DNA of 64,000 nt from Octopus vulgaris (lineage: Eukaryota). How positions within the stretch are numbered: position 1 is the stretch's first letter; every line of letters begins with the position of its first letter. Below are positions 1-13,289 of the stretch, piece after piece. The DNA is taken from positions 34,224,001 through 34,288,000 of the forward strand of contig OX597815.1 of assembly GCA_951406725.2 (NCBI GenBank). Direction: 5' to 3'. The notes beneath the pieces were generated by a model. It saw only the letters and a list, made by a program, of their open reading frames with translations. It searched no databases and had not been told where the DNA came from. A program made the position numbers and the translations under genes.

Positions 1-547
1 TTAAAGAAGGTCTTCACCCACGTAAGTTGTTATTAGCTGTTTGGTGGGTTTAGTCCACTTTGAACTTTTAAATCCAAACCAAACGATAACAAAGTAGATC
101 TACTGCGAGCAGCTTGAGCGGCTTAAGCCAGCGCTAGAGGAAAAACAACCATCTTTGGTTTCAAGACGAAAGGTGTTCTTCCATCAGGATAATGAGCAGT
201 CACATACAGCGAGGATGGCATCCTAAAGGCTGGAATAGTTTGAATGGGAAACGATGCCACCACATTAGCCGGACATTGCTCCATCTGATTATCATTTATT
301 CAGCCGTCTTTAGAATCATTTGGACGGGAAAAATACGAATTCTGCAGACGAGGTCAGAACAGTACTGGAAGAGTATTTTTTTTGTTACGGACAAGTGAAT
401 TTTGGAAGAGAAGCTAGATAGATGGAAGGGCATTGTACAAAGTGAAGGGGGGTATATTTTAGATTAAAAAAGGAATTTTGTTTATCTTAATTTTGAAAAG
501 TAAAAGAAGTATTAAAAAAACCCACATTATCTATAAGATGACCCAAT
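1..547 (+). mobile_element. Mariner-type transposon 3' fragment (decayed transposase C-terminus plus right end)
   Basis: Manual translation through stops gives HFELLNPNQTIT..YCEQLERL..VFFHQDN..PDIAPSDYHLF..DRWKGIVQSEGGYILD*, matching the mariner HDNA and YSPDLAPSDYHLF motifs; ends ..GACCCAA followed by TA. Confidence 0.85.
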
Positions 548-552
548 ATATT

Positions 553-670
553 CGACGGGCTTCTTTCAGTTTCTGTCTACCAAATCCACTCACAAGGCTT
601 TCGTCGGCCTGAAGTTATAGTAGAAGACACTTGCCCAAGGTGCCATGCAGTGGGACTGAACCAGGAACCT
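553..670 (-). mobile_element. SINE family A, partial copy
   Basis: Matches the internal part of the full copies at 9572 and 53604. Confidence 0.8.
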
Positions 671-895
671 AGCCTGCGACATTCCGACATTTGACGCGTG
701 GTACACATTGCACTCGTTCATACAAGGTTGATTTGATGGAAGGAGTGAGCTAATGTACAACGCATATATTTGATCGCTTTAAACAAATCATTTGTCCTGG
801 TCGTTCGGCTAAAGCTGAACATACGTCATCTTCGATGGGAGAGTCCCTCTACCTCCCACCTTCATATGTGTGTGTGTGTGTGTGTGTGTCTGTGT

Positions 896-935
<40 letters not shown>

Positions 936-1348
936 TTATATTTGTGTGCGTGTATGTAAAGTAGCGATTGATTACTTAGAAGATGTGAAACATCTCATCT
1001 TATGTAAAATGAAAACATCATTGGGTAACTGCTTCGAAACCGAAAACTGTTCACAGATTATAAATCTATATCTGTAACCATAAATCACTGATGCATTTGG
1101 CGAAGTTATTAAGTGTCTCAGTGACACTGTTGAGTGTTAAAGTAATAAAGTTAAACAACGTTGTAACATGTAAATTCGCATATATTCAACGTTACGTTTT
1201 ACTGTTGGTTTGATACATTAATTCCAATGCTAGAGCATTGATTCTTAGGTGCCAGCCGCATCTTTAGAGGACGTTATCAAAGTACTGAACAGTGGAAGGA
1301 ATGCAAATACACAGATGTACCAACACACAAAACACACACGCACGCACA

Positions 1349-1409
<61 letters not shown>

Positions 1410-1491
1410 ACACACACAGACGCACACATAGATGCCGGATCCCCGAGAACGATTTCAATAAAATATGATAAAAAAAGATAATATAGTATCT

Positions 1492-1714
1492 ACTCATTTA
1501 CTTGTTTCAGTCATTTGACTGCGGCCATGCTGGAGCACCGCCTTTAGTCGAGCAAATGGACCCCAGGACTTATTCTTTGGAAGCCTTATGCTACTTATTC
1601 TATCGGTGTATTTTGCCGAACCGCTAAGTTACGGGGACCTAAACACACCACCTTCAGTTGTCAAGCGATGTTGGGGGGACAAACACAGACACACAAACAT
1701 ATACACACACATAC

Positions 1715-1745
<31 letters not shown>

Positions 1746-1894
1746 CATATATAGGACGGCCTTCTTTCAGTTTCCGTCAACCAAATCCACTCACAAGGCT
1801 TTGGTCGACCCGAGGCTATAGTAGAAGACATTTGTCCAAGGAGCCATGCAGTGGGACTGAACCCGGAACTATGTGGCTAGTAAGCAAGATACTT
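1492..1894 (-). mobile_element. SINE family A (body and tail; its head is displaced to 4165-4203 by an insertion)
   Basis: Matches other family A copies; stops at AGTAAGCAAGATACTT and resumes at 4165. Confidence 0.9.
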
Positions 1895-2199
1895 TATTTC
1901 AAAAATTTTGCCATAAAGGCATGACACAGAGTAGTTTGGGGGCTGGACAAAAACACTGATGAGGTGAATGATGAAAAAAAGATGATATTAATAGGAGAAG
2001 ACAAAAAAGGCCCGCCGATTTTTTGCTTCTCTAAAACATTATTCTCTTCTGTTAAAAGACAAAATGAGGTATTGAACATCTTACTTCAGCTTTACTATTA
2101 TCGGACTTAATAGTCCATTTAAATATTGGGGTTTTAAGCCTCTTAAACACAATAACATACAATAAACATTAAACATTATACAATAAACATTATAATACT

Positions 2200-3466
2200 G
2201 AGTCTTTTCAATCTCTTGTCACTATTCCTCCTCAACATCGCTTGTGCCTGTATACTCCGCCATAACCCACGTCTCATTCAAGACCAAAGCGGGTTCCGAG
2301 TCGGCGTCGCCAGGACACAAGCGATATTTCTCATTGAGTCCCTACACATCACGGGTAACATTATGACCTCCACATCTATCTGCGGAGGCCATTCGGGATC
2401 CTGTCTGAAGGTTAAAGGTACTCCCTTGTGGTGCTTTTCCATCGCCTTTTCTACCTCTCCGCCTCTGTAGAAAGAGACCAATAGCTCGTATTCCTCCGGG
2501 TTCAGGTAGTCAATTCTACCGTTGGCGGCACAATTCCCCCCAACGGTGTCTCTTCTCCTGCCGGTGGCACAACCCCTACCGCCAAGGTTCCGGGACATTC
2601 AGGTGCTATATCCGGTGCTATTCCGGGACATTCCGATGCTATATCCCGTTTCTCTTCTTCTTCCTCTTTTTTTCTTCCCAACTGAGGGAGGGTGCGTCTC
2701 CTCCGTGACAAAGAGATTCAACTCCCTTGTCTCATCCCATTGTTGCTCACCTTCTTCCTCTTGCGGTCCTTCTTTGAGGAGTCCTCCGCCTTCTCGCCCG
2801 CCTTCGTTCCTTCTTTTACAGATGTCTCAACTGCTCCAGAACTTTGCTTTGTTCCTGAGGACAGTTTTTCTTTATATGGCCAGGCTCCAGGCACCGATGA
2901 CACCTGGGGAGGGGCGACCATCAAGAATCACCGGTATATGCACCCGGCCACTTTCAAAAGATCTGGCATAACCAGATTCATGGCTAATTAGTTCCACAGG
3001 GTCAAAATAGCTTTTGACCCAACCCAATCAGCCGCAGGAAGAATTTTCACATTGAGGAGCCTGGCTCCGCTGCCACCCAGACACCGACGGATAGTATCCT
3101 CTATTCACTCGGGTTCAATTCCGGGTGGCAAACCACAGACCCAAGTCCTCGTCAACTTTTCCCGCGATAAGTGGGAAGAAACAAAATTTCTCTACCATCA
3201 AAATGCTGACTCGTAAAACTGCGAGCCTCCTCTGGGATGTCAAATAGCAACCACACTGTTGCATATTTGACGCCCCTAGAGATATACTTAATGGTTGGCT
3301 GATGCTCCGCCAACTCCTGCTCAATCAGCTGCTTGGAGAAGACGGGAATGGTGTCGAGAACCTTTGAATACGTTCTCAACACCACCCTCCTCTCCTCTTG
3401 CTGTCTGAACCACTCCTTAAGTGGGACAATCTCCCACTCTACAATCTTATCCCTATTTTTTGCCAT
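2200..3466 (-). pseudogene. Disrupted LINE ORF1 (RRM-like segments plus CCHC zinc knuckle)
   Basis: MAKNRDKIVEW..VWLLFDIPEEARSF..TYRGK, frameshift, TRTWVCGLPPGIEPE; knuckle CHRCLEPGHIKKNC (CX2CX4HX4C) at 2861-2902; several stops and frameshifts. Confidence 0.75.
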
Positions 3467-3666
3467 GTTTTAAATTAAAAAGTCAAAATAGTTCACAAAT
3501 TTCAAAAAGAAAAGAGAGAAATCAAAAGGAAGCAAAAAAGAAGAAGAAAAAAGCAAACAGTTCAATAGAAGAAGAAAACAACAGTTCAACAAAATCAGAA
3601 AAAAAATCTTCTGGGCATTCAGATACTCCAAGCGCTATGATACTCCGATTAGAACCTAAACTGATC

Positions 3667-3954
3667 CACTTGAAATACAGCTTTCCAATTATTGGCAAAT
3701 GTAGTTGTAAAAACACACACTATTCACAAACAGCGAACAAGTTTTGGTGGCAGGATACGCCACCAAACTATACTTCTCACAATGAGAAAAATATTTTCAC
3801 TTAATGGGAACACTTGAAATACAGCTTTCCAATTATTGGTAAACGTTGTTGTAAAAACACACACTATTCACAAAAGGTGAACAACTTTTGGTTGAAGGAT
3901 ATGCTCCCAAACTAAACTTCTCACAATGAGAAAAAAAATTTCACTTAATGTGAA
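3667..3954. repeat. Two tandem ~144-bp monomers in the 5' UTR of the ORF1-only element
   Basis: CACTTGAAATACAGCTTTCCAATTATTGG starts at both 3667 and 3811. Confidence 0.9.
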
Positions 3955-4164
3955 CAATATTGCTGAACTGCAAGCACACAAACATCTTGAATCCACTGAG
4001 GGCTCCTTATTTGTAAAAATATAACCAGAGACAACAACCCCCACTGGACCCAAGAGACAAGAGCCTTACCTTGCAGCAGCTACTTTTTCGCTGGTTAAAC
4101 ACCGTCAGCTATCTTCCTCAGTGCACGACACAATGACGGATGCGTACACTGACAACTCATGGGA

Positions 4165-4203
4165 AGTAAGCAAGCTACTTACCACACACCCACTCCTGTG
4201 CCT
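4165..4203 (-). mobile_element. Displaced 5' head of the SINE A copy at 1492-1894
   Basis: Reverse complement GGCACAGGAGTGGGTGTGTGGTAAGTAGCTTGCTTACT is the family A head. Confidence 0.85.
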
Positions 4204-4210
4204 ATATATA

Positions 4211-4370
4211 CCGTATTTTAACGTGTATAAGGAACCCTTCTTTGTCAAAAATTAAGTTAAAATGTAGGAGTTTCTTATACATGGATAGTATTATAATCCC
4301 TTACAAAACCCTTTTTATCAAATTTGAAGCCAAAAAAATTTGGGGGTTCCTTATACACGTTAAAATACGG
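4211..4370. mobile_element. MITE of Tc1/mariner/pogo type, 160 bp
   Basis: Perfect 27-bp TIRs CCGTATTTTAACGTGTATAAGGAACCC (4211-4237 and 4344-4370), flanked by TA on both sides. Confidence 0.9.
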
Positions 4371-5019
4371 TACGTACATATATATGTCTGTATGTGAGTG
4401 TGTGTGTGTGTGTGTATGTGCGCGTACATAATATATTATATGAATATATTATATATATATATATATATATATGTACATATATACATATACATATATACAT
4501 ATATATACATACATGCATACATACATATATATATATATATACACATACATATATATATATATACTACACACAGACCCCCCCCCACACACACACACAAACA
4601 CACACACACATACACACACGGACACACTCGCACACACACATACACACATGCACAAACACAGACACACACACACACATACACACATGCACAAACACAGACA
4701 CACACACACACACACACACACACACATCTATCTCAATTGCAGATGGAAATCGCCCAGATGCAGTCGTGCCATAGTTAGATACGCATTTCTTATTCTTGCT
4801 GCTTCGTCAGTTACAAATACCCAATGACAACCGCAGGCCAAGTCAAAGTAACACATCTATAATAGGACAAATAATGTGGTTATATTAAACATTCCCTGTC
4901 GGATCTGCTTTAAGCATGTTATACAGATTGCTATTTTAAAGAAACTCCGATTGTGGTGCACATAACGTGTGTGGGTGTGCGCGCGCATGCGCGCAAGTTC
5001 ATATATTTTTTTCTATTCC

Positions 5020-5225
5020 TTTATCCTTTTACCTATTTCAGTCATTCTGACTGCGGCCGTACTGGAGCTCTGCCTTTAGTTGAATAAATCGACCCAAGAC
5101 TTATTCTTTGTAAGGATAGTACTTATTCTATCAGTTTCTTTTGCCGAACCGCTAGCTTACGGGGGATATAAACACACCAGCATCGGTTGCCAAGCGATGA
5201 CAGGGGGACAAACATAGACAAACAC
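5020..5225 (-). mobile_element. SINE family A, 3' half
   Basis: Matches family A tail and body. Confidence 0.8.
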
Positions 5226-5548
5226 ACACACAAATTTATACATATATCTACATCGAAAATATATATACATATATATTGACTGCTTCTTCTAGCGTGTAAA
5301 AACTGCCTGTTGAAGGCAGTTTTCTCTTGTGTTTAAATGTACACTATTTCATTTATATATATATATACCACAGAATGATATATGTAGTTTTCGAGTACTT
5401 CTACTATAATTTATTACCTAAACACTTCATAATGGACTTTATTAAACAAGATGGATCTCATGAAACCAGAGAGAATTTATTAATTAAAAAATCAAAATAC
5501 TTGCAATCCACTTCGGAGCTGAAATACACACACGCACACACACACACA

Positions 5549-5810
<262 letters not shown>

Positions 5811-5821
5811 ATATTGGAAGT

Positions 5822-5870
<49 letters not shown>

Positions 5871-6130
5871 TATATATATATATATATATTCGTAATTAGT
5901 AAGGAATTTCTCCAAATATTTACCGGTTTGCTCGCAGTCAGATATTCAAAGTAGGTTATTAGTATATAAATCCAATAATAATTCACATAGGAATTTAAAG
6001 ATATATACCGTTGGATAATTTAAAATATATTACCTTAACCATGTAGGTTTCCTGGAGCGTTATATAGTAAGCTTGCAATTGTAACGGTTACAAATCGATG
6101 CAGTAGAAATATATGTTGATCTATTTGAGG

Positions 6131-6286
<156 letters not shown>

Positions 6287-6337
6287 GTGTTTATGTATGT
6301 ATACACACACACATATATATATATGTATATATATATA

Positions 6338-6620
6338 CATAATAACAATATAATAAATAAGACATATGCATATATACATTCAGGGGCAGCTGATGAAGGG
6401 GAATTTTCCTTGTATTGTTTGTCCTATATTCTGTTTTTTCGTTGTTAAAAAAAAAGTCCGTTTCCTTGTTTGATTTTATGTTTTCGTTTCTCGTTGTGTT
6501 CTACGCTTATTTGTGGTGTCCTGTACTCATATATGCATGTATATATACATATAGATGTAGGTATGTACATATATGTATGTATATATGCATATGTTTTATT
6601 TATTAAATTGTTATTATATG
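6338..6620 (+). mobile_element. Penelope-like repeat family P (5'-truncated, ~42-bp inverted terminal duplication)
   Basis: 6338-6379 is the inverted copy of 6577-6620; body starts CAGGGGCAG-CTGATGA-AGGGGAAT; homologous to 27527-27765 and 46600-46810 on the minus strand. Confidence 0.65.
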
Positions 6621-6656
6621 ACTGAACGATACGCATTGTTTTCTCTTCTTCAAGTA

Positions 6657-6836
<180 letters not shown>

Positions 6837-7004
6837 CAACGAAGTACCGATATTTACTGGAAAATAGCGAACGTAATAAATACGACGCTAATGTATAGCT
6901 TCACTGCGTATGTACTAGCAAAAATGCGTGTGTGCAACAAACATGAAAAAATTGTCTTACCTCTTGGGAGAACATCTGAAAAATGAAATACCTAGAAAGG
7001 GATA

Positions 7005-7076
7005 ATGTGGTACCGGTTTCAGATTCTTCAAAATATGTCTGCCCACATATATTTGATTTATCTTCATCAGCCACAT
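7005..7076 (-). ncRNA. Minimal type I hammerhead ribozyme
   Basis: Reverse-complement twin of 7200-7271 with intact core. Confidence 0.8.
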
Positions 7077-7199
7077 ATACCTCGACAACATTTCAAATGT
7101 TGCCACACTCGACTGAACGCCAAAACGTTGACAGAACGAGAACAGTGAAGAAGTTTCAATGAAAATAGTAATGCAACATTTGAAATGTAGTCGAGGTAT

Positions 7200-7271
7200 A
7201 TGTGGCTGATGAAGATAAATCAAATATATGTGGGCAGACATATTTTGACGAATCTGAAACCGGTACCACAT
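7200..7271 (+). ncRNA. Minimal type I hammerhead ribozyme
   Basis: Stem I ATGTGG/CCACAT; CTGATGA at 7206-7212; stem II AGAT..ATCT with an inner hairpin; GAAA at 7256-7259; palindromic stem III ACCGGT; GUA cleavage after 7265. Confidence 0.85.
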
Positions 7272-7520
7272 TATCCCTTTCTAGGTATTTCATTTTTCAG
7301 ATGTTCTCCCTAGAGGTAAGACAATTTTTTTTCATGTTTGTTGCCCACACGCATTTTTGCTAGTACATACGCAGTGAAGCTATACATTAGCGTCGTATTT
7401 ATTACGTTCGCTATTTTCCAGTAAATATCGGTACTTCGTTGTGCCATTTATTTACTTTTATGTATAATTTTCCCTCACGGGCTATCCTTTACTGGAAAGC
7501 AATACTCTCGTATTGCATTA

Positions 7521-7587
<67 letters not shown>

Positions 7588-7699
7588 CATGTATGTATGT
7601 ATGTATGTATGTATGTATGTATGTATGTATGTATGTATGTATGTATGTATGTATGTATGTATGTATGTATGTATAAATGTATGTATGTATGTATGTATG

Positions 7700-7759
<60 letters not shown>

Positions 7760-8316
7760 CATGTATGTAAATCAAAACGCAAGGTCATACAAGCCATGGC
7801 ATGGGTGTGTACGGAAGTATGGGTGCGTGGTTATGAGTTTTGTTTTCAGGTAAACGTACATTAGTCTTCAAACCCATCACATGGCAGTTTAGGGAGAAGA
7901 TTTCAAAAAAAAAAAACTTTTATCACACCTTCGGTATGACTAATACTTTTTGTAAATATTACTGGCAACGAAAGTTGTTGTATAGTTTACTGGCATGTGT
8001 ATACGTATATGTACAATATCTACACGTGTTTATGTATCTTTCACTGATAATTCTCTGCAAAGGGCAATGGTTATAAGTTACAATTGCCGTAATAAACCAA
8101 TAACGTGTCCGTTGAAAACTACAGGAAGTAGAAGACCACCACTAGATTCCTTCATACTTGATAGTTGAGCACGAAAAATCTCTTTATGAAACCCAAACCC
8201 TTTACATTAACGGCGCTTCTATTGTCTTTGTTCTGCACGGAGATTATTACAAATACGTATCGATGCAAATATATAATATAAAGCTATGGTGAACAAAGAA
8301 TATTCTATCAGACTGA

Positions 8317-8360
<44 letters not shown>

Positions 8361-8409
8361 ATACATACAAACATACATACATACATACATACATACATAC
8401 ATACATACA

Positions 8410-8443
<34 letters not shown>

Positions 8444-8469
8444 CATACATACATACATACATACATACA

Positions 8470-8516
<47 letters not shown>

Positions 8517-9571
8517 CAGTTAAAGCTTCTCTTTTTCTGCAAGATTCTATCTAATGATGCATTTGTAGCACCAGTACTGATACCAACATTTAAAATATAT
8601 TAACATCCGCAAGATTCAGACATCAATATTGATATTCTTATCTCAAGAAAAGAGCGGAGAAGGAACCCGAGACTTAGTGCAGACAGCCATTGATTGTTCA
8701 TGGCTTTCTCAAAGTGTCTATGGCACCACTCAAAGACCCGAAGAAAAGTTATGCATGCATATGTTTCCTTTAAACTTGAGATCGATGCTAACATTAACAG
8801 CTGTAACTTCTCTTGGACTTGTGACCATTATATCATCCCTGAATTCGAAGGTTATGCTTTTTTAATCAAAGTGTAGGAGATATCGACAAAATACCTGATA
8901 AATAGAAAAGACAGTGAAACCATTATATTCCCAAGATGTGGCTAAAAATGTCGATTATACTAAAATTTATGTGAAAGATATTGTACATTTCGCACATTTC
9001 ATCAGCAGCTTCCCAATAGTGTCGTTAAAGTACTATTTTCCGATTCGGCAAGATGTTGTAGCTAAAAATATATACAAGTCTATCCATAAGAAATATATCT
9101 CTGAATACACATAGAAACTATACTTCTGTTGCAAAGTACATATACCTATCAACATTAATAATATGGATGGATCATGCCATAAAAATCCGCCAAGTGCAAA
9201 TATGGCTGATAGAAGTATTTCAGACAGGAAAGTAAAAATAGTGAGCACCCTACAAATGTGGACATTTAAAAAAAATAAATTATGGGGAGAATATTTTATG
9301 GGTGACTACTCCAAAACTTAAAGCTTCGCAATGCCGATTTAAAATTCTCATAACTATTACTATTGGTGCACCCAACTATATTAGTAAATATCTAAGAGTG
9401 AATACGTACATGAAAAATAACATGAACATGAAAAATATAAAATATAAGCAGAACAGTAAAAATTTGCAAGACTTTTCTAAAGTCCAATATAAGATATCGT
9501 TGTTATTCAAATTTCAACAATTGAGCTTTGTTTGTAAGTTAGGAAACAAATATTTCGTGATAAAAATTTTC

Positions 9572-9985
9572 GGCGCAGGAGTGGCTGTGTGGTAAGTAGC
9601 TTGCTTACCAACCACATGGCTCTGGGTTCAGTCCCACTGCGTGGCACCTTGGACAAGTGTCTTCTACTGTAGCCTCGAGCCGACCAAAGCCTTGTGAATG
9701 GATTTGGTAGACGGAAACTGAAAGAAGGCCGTCGTATATATGTATATGTATATATATATGTGTGTGTGTCTTTGTGTGGCTGTGTTTGTCCCCCACTCCC
9801 AACATCGCTTGACAACCGATGATGGTGTGTTTACGTCCCCGTAACTTGGCGGTTCGGCAAAACTGACCGATAGAATATGTACTAGACTTACAAAGGATAA
9901 GTCCTGGGGTCGATTTGCTAGACTAAAAGCGGTGCTCCAGCATGACCGCAGTCAAATGACTGAAACAAGTAGAAGAGTAAAGAAT
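9572..9985 (+). mobile_element. SINE family A, full length (tRNA-like head, internal TA/TG microsatellite, LINE-type tail)
   Basis: A box TGGCTGTGTGG, B box GGTTCAGTCCC, tail GCGGTGCTCCAGCATGACCGCAGTCAAATGACTGAAACAAG. Confidence 0.9.
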
Positions 9986-11550
9986 AAACAAGAAGGCTGG
10001 TTACACATGCACACACATATAAATATATCTATAGAGAAAAAAAATCTTCCTCAAATTACACCCCGTCATCGAAGAAAAGGCTTCATTGTATAACGTAATC
10101 AAGGATCCTCTGCATATGGGGAAACGCTGGGATAGGTCATAGCTTTGAATGTGTTTGATCATAGGTCTGCTCAAACATGGCCGACACCTGGAGCAACAAT
10201 AACGTCGAACTAATTATGATGTCGTCACTGGATATGTCCAATGTTAATAGCAATATTTAAAAACCTGATGAAATCTGCATGTTGGTCATCAAAACCTGGA
10301 AAATATTAACAAAATGTTAATTGGTAAATTTTACATCAACAGAAACAACTTATCCGAGATGGAAGTAGTTTGTATGGGATCATACAGTAAAGTAGAATCA
10401 CATTAATTTTTATAAGCAAAAGATTGATAAAGACTTCAACTTTTCGTCAAGTTCGCTTCGTCTGACGTATGTATATATGTATGTATATGTGTGTACGCGC
10501 GCACATACACAAGTCTTTACATTGACACACACATACACACACATACACACATGCATACACACATGCATGCACACGTACGCGCGCGCACAGACACACAAAC
10601 AAACAAACACACACGCATTTTCCACCTTAGAAGACACACCTTCACATTGAAAGAGTCGGAATTAGTAACTAAGTACATGATTAACATGAGATAAAGATGG
10701 TTCTCAACGGTCAACTGTACTGTTAAAGAAGTATGGAAGTTAGCACTCGTTTTATCAGAAGCTACACAAAATGCCCAAAGGTACTACTTTCCCAGTTGGA
10801 TAAACTATATTCAAAGTGATCCATGCGATAGATTGGACGTTGGAAGAACGTATGAAGTAACATGAGAGAAGCATTGCTGTTGGACCATTCAAATAAAAAG
10901 ACATCAAGCCAGGCTTCAAAAGTCATACACTTTTGTAAAGGCTAGCAGTGTAGAAGAAGCAAATAGTTCGTCTACAAATGACGAACACATTATCTATAGC
11001 TGGATATAATCAAAAAGATTACCAGACGTAAGCATCGTGATATAATTCTTAATATATAGTGTTTCTTTAAGCAAATAATATAAACTAGCGAAACCTGTGG
11101 AAATCGCACGTTTTATAAATTTCATATAAGTTTATCTTCTCATTTTGATATAGAAGTCAATAGATCTTCTTAAAATTGTTTCATGATGTAAGAAACTTGA
11201 ATTATGTTTTCGATGTTGTTCCATAGTTGATATCGTCGGTTGTGTGATGCTCTTATTTATTTCACTATTTTAAACATTTTGATTATGTCCCCGATTTCGT
11301 TCCATAGTTAACGTTATTGAATGTGTAGTGCTCCTCCTACATGTTTCCTGTTGCCAAATATTTCGATTATGTCTTTCATTTCATTCCATAGTTAACGTTG
11401 TTAAAAGCGTAACACTTGAGTACATTGTGAAAAGCAGAATATAATATTTTACATATTTTTACTATGTAATTCTTAAGTATACTAGTTTTCCATTTTTGCT
11501 TTGTGTGGGCGCAAACACACAGACACACGCAGACACATACGCACACACAT

Positions 11551-11584
<34 letters not shown>

Positions 11585-12329
11585 GCGCACACATGTACAC
11601 ACACACACATGCACATACGCAGGTGATGTAGATCACGTTGAATTAGACCGGAGCTGCTTAAAGAGGTCGATATAGATAGACCTCAGGGAGAGAATATTTT
11701 AGAAAGGGCAACTAAAAACTTAGGTGTCCACAGACTGAATCTATTGGTTTACTTTTAAAACTCCCTTTATATCAAGAGAACAAAGTTCGCTAGATCAAGT
11801 AGACTGGTTGCCAGATAACGCACTGGATTTAGTCATGTTGAATATTTATTAAGCAAACGGAAGAACACTTTGAACATAAAACGTATTGATTTTACAGCTC
11901 AGACTCACAAACCTGTAACCTATGTACATGGTCTCAATGCTCACCAAACATTTTCTCATTAAAAACAGTCTAAATGTTGAAGGTGCGTTTGTATTTACGG
12001 TCTCTGATATTTTCTCATGCACGTTATATGAAACACTTGTAAATTAGTTACGCCTTGTGATTTTATATGTTTGGGGGTTTGATTAGTATGAGGCTGCATA
12101 AAAATTAAATTTTGCTATTAGATCCGTGTCAAGTAAAAAAATTTGAGAAGCCCTGATTTAGACGAAAACTACTGATAGCATAATATTATTTGACATCATG
12201 TGTGAATGACAGGCGTAAATGTTGATTTCCAAGAGTTTCTACAATTGGAATCATTTGTTGGACTCTGCAAATTTAATCGGACTAGTAAAATATTATCACT
12301 ATGATGTATTTAAAACTGTTACCTCATTG

Positions 12330-12570
12330 TACACTGTTCTCCTAATAGATACTCAGTAAATTGTCTTCTTATTGATTCAGTAACTGCTCAGTGTAACCAG
12401 GAAGTTCTTTTTGTATCGTTTCTGTAGGTTCTCGACAAACCAATTGATTTGTAACAGTTACCCAAGAAACAGTTACTTTGGTATACCAGAATCGGTCAAC
12501 GGTACATTTGAATTAGTACTTTTTACCAGCAATTCCCACAGAATTGTAACCAATGTTCTTCAAGACCTGC
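12330..12570 (-). mobile_element. Decayed RTE-type LINE fragment
   Basis: Translates to DSGIPK*LFLG*L, resembling the RTE C-terminal DSRIPKQLFYGEL motif. Confidence 0.4.
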
Positions 12571-13289
12571 TAGTTAGCGTTGTGTCTACATGTTATGAGG
12601 ATACGTACGTGCGTACACACACACACAAATACACACACACACACACAAACACGCACACAAACACACACACACTCACAAACACACACACACTCACAAACAC
12701 ACATACATGCATACATACATGCATACATACATACATGCATACATACATACATACATACAAACATACATACATGCATCCATGCATACTTACATAATACATA
12801 CTTACATACATACATACAAACATACAAACATACATACATACAAACATACATACATACATACATACATACATACATACATACATACAAGCATACATACATG
12901 CATACATATATAGTATCTAAAAGAAAATAAACATAAGATTGAGTGGAGCCCTAAAAATCTCCATGATGCTGTTGCTGCACTCGGAGGAAAGACTTCACTG
13001 TGATAAATAGAGATAATTCCTTTGTTACTGAAGACATAGCAAGTTATCAATTCAATGAATTTGTAGAACATTTTATAATTGTTTAAACCTCAAAATTAAA
13101 ATTATGACTTTACAGACAGCTGCTCAGAAACCTACAGTTTATATATGCTCATTTTTACCTAAAATTATTTGTGCACTCGGTTATGTTTGTAAATATTAAA
13201 GTGATAATCTTTAAAAAGCCATGGTTTTCAGTCAAGTAAGTGACTTATTAGCTTTCGATTAAGAGGTTATAATCCATGACCTTTTGCAG

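Larger units (their letters stand above)
1895..4164 (-). mobile_element. ORF1-only (HAL1-like) non-LTR retroelement, about 2.27 kb, with 16-bp TSD
   Basis: TSD AGTAAGCAAG(A/C)TACTT at 1879-1894 and 4165-4180; disrupted gag-like ORF1; 3' end has AATAAA running into the TSD; no RT or endonuclease motifs seen between the TSDs. Confidence 0.75.
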
